A model generated the notes under the pieces. It had not been told where the DNA came from, did no database searches, and worked only from the letters and a program-made list of their open reading frames with translations. From Rhodosorus marinus CCMP1338 (taxonomy: Eukaryota > Plantae > Rhodophyta): a stretch of DNA of 64,000 nucleotides. Each line of letters opens with the position of its first letter. Within the stretch, counting starts at the first letter, position 1. The stretch is taken from contig JAMWBK010000007.1 in NCBI GenBank assembly GCA_029953675.1, positions 434,001-498,000 of the forward strand, given 5' to 3'. A program made the position numbers and the translations under genes. Below, piece after piece: positions 12,815 through 23,761 of the stretch.

Positions 12815-15800
12815 GTCATAGGCTCGAACCACAACTTCTGGGAGATCGTTACCGGTCACCCATCTGCAGCCTCTGCGCCCTACAGATGGAAGCTTATACT
12901 CGCGACCTACCTCCGTATCTAGATGCCCCTTGATAGCCTCAGTAGTCTACGACTATCCGGAAAAACTCCGTCTCTAGGATCACCAGTCTCCTCAAACCGC
13001 TCATCCCACGCTCGTAACCGATTTACGTGCACCCTAGCGATCTTTGCCGGGTCCTGTTCCCCTTCCAGAAGATAACGGACATTTCCAAGTCTTCGCTGTA
13101 CTCGGTACGGACCTAGCCACGGCGTGCTCAGTTTTCTCCCAACTCCGAGGACGTCCGGCGGGTAGAAGACGTTCACTCGGTCTCCGGGTTTGAACTCTAC
13201 CTCACTGACCGCTTTATCATAACATTTCTTTTCCGTCTCCTTCGCCTTCCAGCTGTGTTTCGTCCGCTCTTCGTGAAGTTCCTTCACGTGCTCCGCCAGA
13301 TCCTCTCGCGTAGGGTCTGATTCCTGTCGAAACCTCAGGTTGTAGTCAACTCCGAAATCAAACGCCTGAACTCCGAACATTGCCCGAAATGGAGAACATT
13401 TCGTCGCCGAATGAACAGCAGAATTATAGCGATAACTTGCCAAAGCAACTTGGTCGTCCCAGAAAAAAAAAAAAGAATCGTAACGCAAACGCTCGGATGT
13501 CCTTACACAGTGTACTGTTGAACTTCTCGACAGCTCCATTGGTCTGCGGATGAAACGCGCTTGTCAGGATCCTTCGAATCCCCATCTTTCTGCAGATGTC
13601 TTGCAGAACGTTGGATAGAAAACTCGTTCCCCGGCCGCTCAGAAACCCCTCTGGAGGACCGAACAATAAGAACCATCGTTCCAAAATGATCTTCGCAATC
13701 ACCTCCTTTGTCTCCTCCTTAATCGGTACCGCTACCACGAATCTTGTCAACAGGTCCATCATAACTGACACCTTTCCATTTCCGGTGGCCGCTTTTGGGG
13801 AAATCTCTACAACATCAGAGCTACGATCTCAAAACGCCTGGTCACCTGGTCCAACTGAAAACGCCCTTGCTTTCTGTCTCTCGCCAGTTTATCAGTTGCA
13901 CAGGTTACACATCCCCGTACGAACCGTGATACGTCACTCGCCATTGTCCCACCAAAAATGCCTTCTGAGTTTACTCAGAGTCCTTGCTACTCCCAGATGT
14001 CCGCATGCAGGGGCTCCGTGAAAATGTCGTAGAATCCCCGATCGTAAATTCTCTGGAGCATAAACCAATGGAACCCCATTCACGATTCTTACGACCAACC
14101 CCTCATTAATAGCATATTTCCCATCCTGATCGTTCACAAATTTCTCCAAGTCACCAAGGTCTTGCATTTGCTCAGTCTTCATCTCCACGTCGTCCGGTAA
14201 ATCCCATCCCGGGTCTCCGTCTACCACAACCGCTACCGACTCACCATGTGTATCGCCACCCTCCAGGTCGTACACCCTCGATAGTGCGTCTGCCGAAGCC
14301 ATGATCGGACTAACACCAGACCGGTGTTCCATCTGAAAATCATACTCTTGAATGTCAAGCATCCATCGCAACAACCTCCCCCTCGGCTCGCGTAGACTCA
14401 TTAGCCACTTCAGTGCTTCGTGATCTGATATGATTTTGAGCTTTTCTCCTAAAACGTACGTCCGGAACTTTCTTAACCCGAAAACTACCGCCAAGCATTC
14501 CTTTTCAGAGACCGTATAACGCTGCTCCGCCGCCTTGAATTTCCTGACGCAAAACGTAAGGGCCTCAGTCGCCCTTCCTCGTCTGCAATAGAACCACACC
14601 AACTCCGACTTCGCTGGCATCTGACGCCAAAATCTTCTCAGCCTTCGCCGAAAATGTCGCCAGGATGCAAGGATTAGACAGCTCTGCGCGCAAATCCAAG
14701 AATGCCTCCCGTTGACGTTGTCTCCATTTCGAATTCCATTCCGGAATCACAACTGTGACAGCCTTCCGTTTTTTCTTATTCCAGTTGGTCCCAACCAGGA
14801 CCTCGTAAAAAAACGAGGCTGAATCCGTCTAGCCAGGTCCGGTAGAAAAGCCTCGAAAAACCTGCAAATACCGATGAACCGGAGAAGTGAGTTGCCATCA
14901 CTCGGTTCTGGATATTTTTAACGGCAGCGAGGTGAACCTCATTGGGTTGTAAACCCTTGGCGGCCACTCTATGCCCCAAAATATCCACACTCCTTCTCCC
15001 GAAGCAACATTTTGATAACTTCAACTTGACGCCTCTTTCCCGAAGTCTTTGAAAACCTCCCTCAGATCCCGCAAGTGTCCCCATGCATCCTCTGATCCGA
15101 CAGTGAGATCATCCATGTAGGCAAACGCCGGTCTACCCTTCAAATCTCCTAAGGTAGCGTTTATGACTCTTTGTAGCGTCGCCGGTGAATTCTTGAGTCC
15201 CTGTGGCATTCGGGTGTACTGGTACAGTCCCGGAGGAGTCCTAATCGCAGTCAACGGACGGGACTCTTCTGCAGAACAATCTGGAAAAACGAGTCACGCA
15301 TGTCCAAAGTAGATAACTCGCTTCTCCTAACCAATCAAGTACCGCTTTCATGTCCGCCAATGGGAAGGTATCCGCTTCAGTTAGGCTATTCAGCTTCCGG
15401 AAATCCGTTGTCAAGCGGTAGCCCCCGCTCGCCTTCGGCACCAAAACGTTATACGTCGCCATGGGGATATACACGGCTCGAGCACTCCCTTCTGGATCCA
15501 TTCCTCTATAAACGCCCGTTCCTGGTCTAGAGCCCTCCTCCGTAGGGGAGCACAATAAAGTTCCACGGTTTCCGGTACCTCGATCCGATGCAATACCCCT
15601 TCTACTTTACCCAAACCCATGAACAAATCCGCGAATTCAAACAGCAGGTCTCGTAACCTTTCTTGATCCTGCTTCACAACCGAAAATTCAGACAAGTCTT
15701 GCTCCTTTATCGACGACTGGATGTCCTCTTCTCCCTCTTCACAGACCGCTACTAGATGGTCACTTCCAACCTCCATCCCCAAAGCTCGAACCTCAAATCG

Positions 15801-16256
15801 ACCGCTTCTATGGGATAGGCTAAGCGTCAGCCATCCTCTCTTCCAATCCAACGTAGCATCTGTTTTCCTAAGAAAATCCAACCCCAGCAGAATCCCTGCT
15901 GGCACCTTCCGCATGACTATCACATTCACCTTGAACTTGTTTCGGCAATTCTTACGGCAATTCTTCCTTCACCAGCAGCCTCCACTGGTCTCCCATCTAC
16001 CCCTTCAGCCTGAACATCTGTATGCGCCAACTGACACCCAGACTTAATGGAAAATGGAGAAATCTATCCAGTTGGAAGATGCTCCGGTGTCCACAACAGC
16101 GGTCAAGGACCCATAGCCTTCCACCTCCACTGCGACCTTCAAGCATGAGACCCGTTGCTCTCGGTCTCCGGAATCCGACACCCAACCCACCGACCCTACC
16201 TCTCCGGCGCCGAGCCCAGGTTTTGTCATTCCGCCAATTACTTGTTTTGTGGACAC
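12815..16256 (-). pseudogene. Gypsy pol (protease, RT, RNase H, integrase), multiply frameshifted
   Basis: AVVDTGAS (protease), ILLGLDFL, YRLTTDFRKLN, RMPQGLKNSPATLQR and YMDD (RT), SDASEVGVG and YTVSEKECLAVVFGLRKFRTY (RNase H), GHLGVARTLSKLRRHFWW, AFHPQTNGAVEKFNSTL, WLGPYRV (integrase), spread over at least 8 ORFs in changing frames. Confidence 0.92.
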
Positions 16257-16588
16257 TCTCGTGTCATATGTCCAATTTTATGACATGTAAAACATCTCCG
16301 TTGCTTGAGATCGGTCGTCCGAACATCCTTCCCAGACGCCTGATTGCGCACATCCCCTTCAACCACCCAGTGAACCCTTTCTATCGGCCTCCGAAACAGT
16401 TTCGCAAGTATTATCGCTTTCGATACATGTTCAGAAAATGTTCCCGTCCAACCAGCCGAGTGTGGATGGAAATCTCTCGGCAGGCCTTGGATGAATCGGT
16501 AAGTCAAAGCCTCCTCCGACACAGACTCAGGCAACGTGTCAGAGAGCTGCCTAAGCCGCTCCGCGAACAGTTCAACTGTCTCCCTAGC
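16238..16588 (-). pseudogene. Truncated gypsy gag with CCHC zinc knuckle
   Basis: RETVELFAERLRQLSDTL...YRFIQGLP (gag-like) and CFTCHKIGHMTREC (Cx2Cx4Hx4C). The N-terminal gag part is replaced by unrelated AT-rich DNA. Confidence 0.85.
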
Positions 16589-17922
16589 TAAAACATAACA
16601 TAAATTTATATGTATATATATGAACCATGTCCCAATCCTCAACCTGTCCCATCCCCTAAGTATGTCCCATAAATCCAATAGACAGACTGTCCATTTTTAA
16701 TTTTCTGGTTGGACGGGAACATTTTCTGAACATGTATCGAAAGCGATAATACTTGCGAAACAGTTTCGCAAGTATTATCGCTTTCGATACATGTTCAGAA
16801 AATGTTCCCGTCCAACCAGCCGAGTGTGGATGGAAATCTCTCGGCAGGCCTTGGATGAATCGGTAAGTCAAAGCCTCCTCCGACACAGACTCAGGCAACG
16901 TGTCAGAGAGCTGCCTAAGCCGCTCCGCGAACTTAAAAATGGACAGTCTGTCTATTGGATTTATGGGACATACTTAGGGGATGGGACAGGTTGAGGATTG
17001 GGACATGGTTCATATATATACATATAAATTTATGTTATGTTTTAGCTAGGGAGACAGTTGAACTGTTCGCGGAGCGGCTTAGGCAGCTCTCTGACACGTT
17101 GCCTGAGTCTGTGTCGGAGGAGGCTTTGACTTACCGATTCATCCAAGGCCTGCCGAGAGATTTCCATCCACACTCGGCTGGTTGGACGGGAACATTTTCT
17201 GAACATGTATCGAAAGCGATAATACTTGCGAAACAGTTTCGCAATTAGCGGAGCGAGGCAACCGCATCGTGCTGGAAGTCGTGAGAACGGTGCTGGCCTC
17301 ACCGGAGCTACCCGCCGCACTCTGGGCGGAACTTGCTAATGCGGCGGTTTCTTACGTAATCGCGTGGCAAGAAGAGTTTGCCTGAGTCTGTGTCGGAGGA
17401 GGCTTTGACTTACCGATTCATCCAAGGCCTGCCGAGAGATTTCCATCCACACTCGGCTGGTTGGACGGGAACATTTTCTGAACATGTATCGAAAGCGATA
17501 ATACTTGCGAAACAGTTTCGCGAAACAGTTTCGCGGCGGGTAGCTCCGGTGAGGCCAGCACCGTTCTCACGACTTCCAGCACGATGCGGTTGCCTCGCTC
17601 CGCTAATTGCGAAACAGTTTCGCAAGTATTATCGCTTTCGATACATGTTCAGAAAATGTTCCCGTCCAACCAGCCGAGTGTGGATGGAAATCTCTCGGCA
17701 GGCCTTGGATGAATCGGTAAGTCAAAGCCTCCTCCGACACAGACTCAGGCAACGTGTCAGAGAGCTGCCTAAGCCGCTCCGCGAACAGTTCAACTGTCTC
17801 CCTAGCTAAAACATAACATAAATTTATATGTATATATATGAACCATGTCCCAATCCTCAACCTGTCCCATCCCCTAAGTATGTCCCATAAATCCAATAGA
17901 CAGACTGTCCATTTTTAATTTT
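16392..17922. repeat. Mosaic of direct and inverted duplications of a gag fragment and its flank
   Basis: 16392-16704 = 17610-17922 (313-bp direct repeat). 16933-17318 and 17533-17918 form a 386-bp inverted repeat. 16705-16760 and 16764-16819 form a palindrome with 56-bp arms. Identity judged by eye. Confidence 0.92.
17245..17377 (+). mobile_element. Ty1/copia-type integrase fragment (partial inverted copy at 17533-17606)
   Basis: Translates LAERGNRIVLEVVRTVLASPELPAALWAELANAAV, then after a 1-nt shift LRNRVARR. This matches the copia integrase consensus AERxNRTLxExxRxML...LWAEA..TAxYLxNR. Confidence 0.8.
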
Positions 17923-18489
17923 ACAGTCTGTCATTCCTCTAAAAGACGGACAGTCTGTCTTTATTTTCACGGCGCCGTCGGAGATTAGGTTTGAATTTTA
18001 TTTAATTTTGTGAAGTTTTTAAGATGTTCCTTTTTGGCGTTGATGAGAGCATTGATTCTGTTGTTGTGATTTGAGGTGGTGGGGAAGGTGGTGAACGTTT
18101 TGGTCTGCGAGGGAGGAAGGTGTTTGTTTTGGATTGTTTTGAAGGGAGGTATTGTTTGTAAAGGAAGAGTTTGGGTTTCTGTGCAGAAGTTGGAGAGCTT
18201 GACGGTAAGGCGCATCCATCTTCTCTTCTTTTTTTCTGCCACTTTTTTTGCCACTTCCCGCGGTTTTGGTTGCTTTTTTTTTGGAGGGGGGTTTGGTAGG
18301 GTTGGAGGACGTGTTGGGGTTGGGTTGGGCCTATGAAACTTTGGATTGGAGTTGGAGTTGTTGATCTCGGTGTTTGAGAGCGGATTTACTAGATATTTTT
18401 TGGCTTTTGGTGATGCTTTTTGTACCTTCTGCTGAATCTATCGTGTTTTGTGGTTTTGGGGGGGCTTTTGCTTTCGCTTGGGTGTAGAG

Positions 18490-18745
18490 ATGGCGAAGAG
18501 TAAGAATCATACGGCGCATAATCAGTCCTACAAAGCGCATAGGAACGGAATTAAGAAGCCGCTGAGGCACCGACATCCGTCAAGAAAATGCGTAAGTAAC
18601 TCTAGCATGTTTTGAAGAGGACTGCCGATTCGTTTGTTATCGGCATGCTGAACTTGGCCCTGCTATGATTCTATGCTTGATGCAGATGGACGCGAAGTTT
18701 CTTCGAAATCAGAAGTTTGCAGTTAAGGGCAACAAGAGGAGCTGA
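18490..18745 (+). CDS. RPL29: 60S ribosomal protein L29 (eL29), 53 aa; exons 18490-18591 and 18686-18745
   Basis: [34 protein letters not shown]|[19 protein letters not shown], with a phase-0 GTAAGT...TGCAG intron. Not in the ORF track. Confidence 0.97.
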
Positions 18746-19926
18746 GTAGACATCCTAAACGATGAATTAAATTACATTTTCTTGAAACGTGTTTCGCCTT
18801 CCGGTTACAAGTTGATGAGGCGAATCGTTCGGCTCTCGAGCGGCGGTGGCCGTAGTTCGAGTGAATCTCCGATCGAGCAAGATTTTCCTTTCTCAATTGA
18901 TGCTCGAGACTGGTCTCGAGCATCCATGTGGTCCGATGGTGATGTCCAGGGCGGATAGCTGATCTTCATCGGTGGTTCGCGGTGCTGCCGGATTAAAATC
19001 CCCTACCTGCTGACGAGAGGACAGCCACCAAAACAATGGAACAAATTTCTTCATGAGCATGTCCTGCAGTACGTAGTTGAGCTCGCTACCCTCATCCTAC
19101 GTCGTTCTAGCAATTGGAGCTAGACTACAAAACCCTAGACCAGCTCCTCCAGTGCAGGAGTAGATCTTCTCAACTATCAAATCCGGAATTTGGACTGGGG
19201 TTCACATGTCTGCTCTTTATTCTGTCTGGAAATGATCAGATGAACAAGCCATAAACTTTACCTAGGTTCTCTCAGCCCACGCTGTCCTCATTCAGGAATC
19301 GGCGTCTGAGACGTAAATTCAGTCCATAACACAACAGACAGGCGAATCGGATAACAGAGACCTAGTCATAGTTCTGTCCAGGGGGGTGAAGGAGGGTATA
19401 GAAACTCGTCCAAGCTTGTCAATCTCGCATTCTACTGTTTCATTACAACTCCTCAGACACCGAATCCTGCCCTTTGCCTTGTCCATTCAAAGAGGACCGC
19501 AACAACAGAGATCTGGTCTCCGTTCAGCGCTGAGAGCTCAGAGATGTGAAATATCCCACAAAGTCTCTTCTCTATGTTCTAAGCGTTTAGTCAACGAACG
19601 AGAAAAGTACTCCGGATAGTCCGATCTCAGGGTCCAGAACATCTACATCAGCAGTCTACTGATCAAGAGAGTCCACTGACAACGACTGATGGAGACCCTC
19701 CTCCTCACCGGTTCGGAATGGTGAACAAGGCGGAAGGTGTGGGTATTCAACAGAAATTTGGGGAATGCTTTTCTCTTTATTCAAACTGCTCTGGAACAAA
19801 GGAAATCCTGTCTTTAGACGAAGAACAGATTGGTATCCGAACGGTATTGATACCTCTGGATCCTGTTTTGTGGGAACTGGGGTTGGGTGGGTTTTGGTTT
19901 CGATTCTTGAAGTGATCCAAGTCGGG

Positions 19927-21212
19927 ATGGACGGATGTTTTGTAGGGGTTGGTCGGCTGCTGAGAGGCTTGTCTGACACGAAAGGAAGCTTAACAGATCG
20001 ATGTCATGGTCTTGAATTCCCTCCGAAGAGGGATTTGAGGTCGAGGGCAAGGCTGGAGGTGGTGGAGCAGTGGATGAGCTTGGGTCGGCACGATCATATT
20101 GAGGAGGAAGTTATGGGAGAGCTGGAAGGCGTCGAGAGTGAACTGACTGAGACTCGAGCTGAAACAGCAAAGTTTATTAGGTGCCCGGAATGTGGTCTTG
20201 CGTACTCTGTGTACCCTTCGGAACTTGCGCCGGTTGAAGGTAAGTAGACCTCCATATATGGCGCATGTATGGCTTGCTAGATGATACTCAGACCCTTCAC
20301 CTGCCTTGGTTCGATCACCCGCGCCCCGCAGAGGATCCTCGAGTCGTTGAGTGTGGAGAATGTCTTCATATGTGGTTTGCTGTGATAGATGATCTGGTAC
20401 CCGCCGATCAGTTCAGTGATGACGATGCGCCACACCGAGTAGCAGCTAGAAAGAGGAAGAAGCGATGCGCTCAGCTGATACCTTCCGAACCGGCTACCTT
20501 ACGGGCCAGCAATCTCTCCTTTCGTACAACCGCGAGCATCCTCAAGAAAGTCTTCGCGGCGTATGGACGTGTGCTAAGATGCGAGTTAATACCTTCCATG
20601 GGTCCACATGAACGACCCACAGGCCTAGTCGAGATGGCTTCCTATGAAGAAGCTCAAGAAGCCATTCATGGCCTAAGAGGTAACTTCAAACCACTCTCTT
20701 CTGGTCGATTCGGAAAGTCCAGAAATGTTGACATCTTTTTTGTCGGAACAGAAACGAACATCTTTGGAGCAGATATGTTTGTCGAAATGGCTGAACCCAA
20801 TGCGTTTAGAGAGGTGATATCACCTGATATATCACTCTTCGATGACTACGGCGATATCGATGACTTTGTAGTTGACCTCGAAGGAGGTCCAGATGTTGAC
20901 CTCGATGACGCTGATCCGAGAGGTGATCCTCCTCGAACGGGATCATCCTCTCCAAGAAATCGGAGTTCAAAGTGTCGTCAGAACTCTATGTACAATCGAG
21001 GCTCAGGCAGCGCTGCTAGTGGTAGCGGATCTCCTCGATCTCAACGTTTTCCAAAAGCCAGCAGCGGCAATGGTCGTGCTGATCAAGCCGGTGGTGCGGA
21101 TGGTTCATCAGGAAACAAGTCTTCCGACAACCGCCGTGGGCGCCTTGATGGAAGAAGCGGACGAGCCCGTGGAAAGGGAGGTCGGCGCGGACCAAACACT
21201 GATCCAAAGTAA
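19927..21212 (+). CDS. MJ0042-like zinc-ribbon + RRM protein, likely organelle-targeted; intron 20240-20331
   Basis: MDGCFVGVG start, IRCPECGLAYSV|EDPRVVECGECLHMWF (two CxxC), RRM (LRASNLSFRTT...TGLVEMASYEEAQEAIHGL), and an acidic then G/R/S-rich tail. Confidence 0.75.
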
Positions 21213-22567
21213 GAGGATAGAGAAAACGTTATTTTCCAGTAGAACCTTCGGAAGCCCTGCCACCACCGTCAAAGACGAGGTGGGGCGCCTGGAGTCGTCC
21301 GCGTGAAGATGCAGGTGTGCTGGCTGAGAGGCGCTCTTAAGTTATTTTGATCGATTATTCGACTTCGCCGTCGAGTCAGCATCTTCAAGTTATCATTCCG
21401 CGTCTTGTTGAAATAGGAGAACTCTCACATCGATCGAACTTGGACTGCTTAGTCTTCTGGTACTCCTTTTCTCGCTGATTCTGAAGGGTAAGATAAACGC
21501 GTCTGTCCCTCTATGCTGATAACGAGTCCGTCTCGGAGAGATGTAGCTGTGGTCGAAGGAGCCCTCCGTTGAGCTTGGCGCGACGAACATCCAGCTTTGT
21601 AGACGATGTGAACCTGAATTCATGTTGACCTCAGATAGACGCAGGGACGGGTGCGGCCGTCCTAACTTCTGGTGAACGCTCTCACTTTGATCGTGAAGGG
21701 TAGGATAAACGCATGTTTCTCGATCTTGGGGAGGTTGACAATCAACGTCGACGAGCGTCTGTTTGGATCCAAGACGGAAGGATCTGGGAAGCCGTTCGTC
21801 AAGGCTTCATCCCACGCGGAGTCTTCCTCTTGCGGTGGAAACTGTTAGGATATATTTGTCGTCATCACTCTATGGTGAACGCATCTGAATAGGAGTAACC
21901 TAGCAGAATCGATCACGGAGATAGATAACCTTTCCCTGATCCCCAGCTCTTTGTAGATTCGAGGTTCCCATCGGCAAGTCGTTCAAGACGTTCAGGTCAG
22001 GAACACGGGATGATGTAGCTGTCCTCACTAGTATGGATGCGACAGACGGATATAAATTTCTGGAACTCAACGAGCTCATGCTTGGGAACATAGTGGCTAG
22101 AGATTCCTTAATCCAAACTAAGCCTTGTGGCCGTTGAGTAGAGGTGGTCATGTTCCAAATCTCAGGACAGGCCAAGGTATGTTGGTCCTCACTGTGGCGA
22201 TCATTGCCAGATGAAGAAGAGCTTGTTGAAGAGAATGCAGCAGCTTGGAAGTAGATGCCCAATATGTTGATTCGGTCTTTTTGAGGATGCCGTGCAGAAG
22301 ACTAGGCTAGAACACAGAGGACTCAGGTTGAGCAATCGATCTGAGCTATTGAACTGAGAGACGATCCTTTTGTTCGGATCGTTGGCTGTAGTCAGATTCT
22401 TGGTGGGGGGACTTTGCTTTCTCTTTTGTGACGAAATGAGAGCGCCAAGTTCTTCAAAGGCTGAGAGGTTCCACATTTAGTTTCCTGGACGGAAACAAGG
22501 ATGTGAGCTGAGCTTTTTTGTCTGTTTTCGGGGGTAAGAACAGAACAAATTTGTTTTGAGGCGGCCG

Positions 22568-23704
22568 ATGGGTGCATGTGGTGAGCTCGGAGGGCTTTGG
22601 TTCGGCTTTGTTCAGCAATCAATTGTTCGCTCTCATCATGAGAGAACCGCTCCCAATCGACAGGTCGTCTGTTCGAGATTGAGTGTTGGAGGACTTGAGG
22701 ACAGCCATGACCGTGTCTATCTCCCAGGGCTAAGAACCGCGGTTGCCAAGTGTCTGGTGGATGTTGAGGAGTCGAAGCACTTCAAGTCGAGGCGAATTTC
22801 TAGCGGCAAGAAGGTTGAACTTTTTGATGGCCTCGGCCGCGTCAACAAGGCCGAGTTCATCGGGTTTGAGAAAAACCGAGCGGAGGTTCTTGTAGGGGAC
22901 ACAGTCAAGACGAAAACTCCTCCGATCGACCTCACTGCGGCTATTGCATTCCCGAAAGGAGCAAGAGCAGACTGGATGGTAGAGAAGCTCACCGAGCTTG
23001 GAGTCAGTACAATCATCACCCTGAAGACTGAAAGATCCGAAGGCCAGGTAGCTCGGAATCACAAGCACAGGTCTTCTGAATGCATGGACGCGAGAAGAAG
23101 TAGATCCCCTGAAATTGTACACGAAGTCCCTATTGGGGTATTGACGCTTATTTTGGCAACGTTTTGGCTCAGGTGTCACCTTCCAAGCTTGAGAGGTGGA
23201 GGCGGCTTGCAGTCTCTGCTTGCAAGCAATGTAGACGAGACTTTTTGCCGACGATACACACGGAGGAAACCAGTATCCCCCAGCTTGCTGAACGAATACG
23301 TGCGAAGGAGTGGTCGGTATCCATTGTCGCTGCATTTGGAGGCTTGCCGCTAAACCAAGTGGAGCGTCGAAGTTCAAAGTGCCCGGTCATCATTGTGGGG
23401 CCGGAGGGTGGGTTAACCACATCGGAAGAGGAGCAGTTGTTGAGGTATCAGATAACCGCATTCTAGATGTTCGCCGATAGTCACGATAGGACTCCCTACG
23501 GAGTACTTGGTGAGGAGGAAAACCCGCCGGAAGAGTGAAGCGGGCGATAAGGCTTTTGTCACTGTGTTCGCTCTTGTGTCTAGCAGGTCTGGTTGTCAAC
23601 CTGTTAGCCTTGGACAGAACAGACTTCGAGTGGAAACGGCGTCAATCGGTCTCGCCGCATCTCTTTTGATCGCGTTCGACGAAAGCGGCTCACAAGCTTC
23701 ATGA
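22568..23704 (+). CDS. rsmE: RsmE-family 16S rRNA m3U1498 methyltransferase (SPOUT), multi-exon
   Basis: KGARADWMVEKLTELGV, ERWRRLAVSACKQCRR, IIVGPEGGLTTSEE, SLGQNRLRVETA. Confidence 0.9.
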
Positions 23705-23761
23705 AACGTGATCGACGGAGTTGGTAGAAAAAGTTTTATTAGCGAGCAAAGGCGCCCGGGT

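Larger units (their letters stand above)
12634..16588 (-). mobile_element. Degenerate, 5'-truncated Ty3/gypsy LTR retrotransposon
   Basis: Minus-strand domain order gag, protease, RT, RNase H, integrase, which is the gypsy order. Confidence 0.93.

Noticed and set aside
12919-16256. Programmed ribosomal frameshifting in pol
   Set aside because: There are many frame changes inside conserved domains, including a poly-A run near 13465. This is better explained by decay.
16238-17896. Three ORFs starting MDLWDILRGW as a new gene family
   Set aside because: They start at TTG, not ATG, and are chimeras of non-coding flank plus a gag fragment created by the duplications.
16392-17922. Integrated hairpin-ended virus or linear plasmid
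   Set aside because: No Rep, protelomerase or capsid ORF is visible, and all parts trace to retrotransposon fragments and flank. Only the flip/flop analogy is kept.
18592-18685. Box C/D snoRNA in the RPL29 intron
   Set aside because: There is a 7-bp stem and a CTGA, but no convincing C box (RUGAUGA), so it is not supportable.
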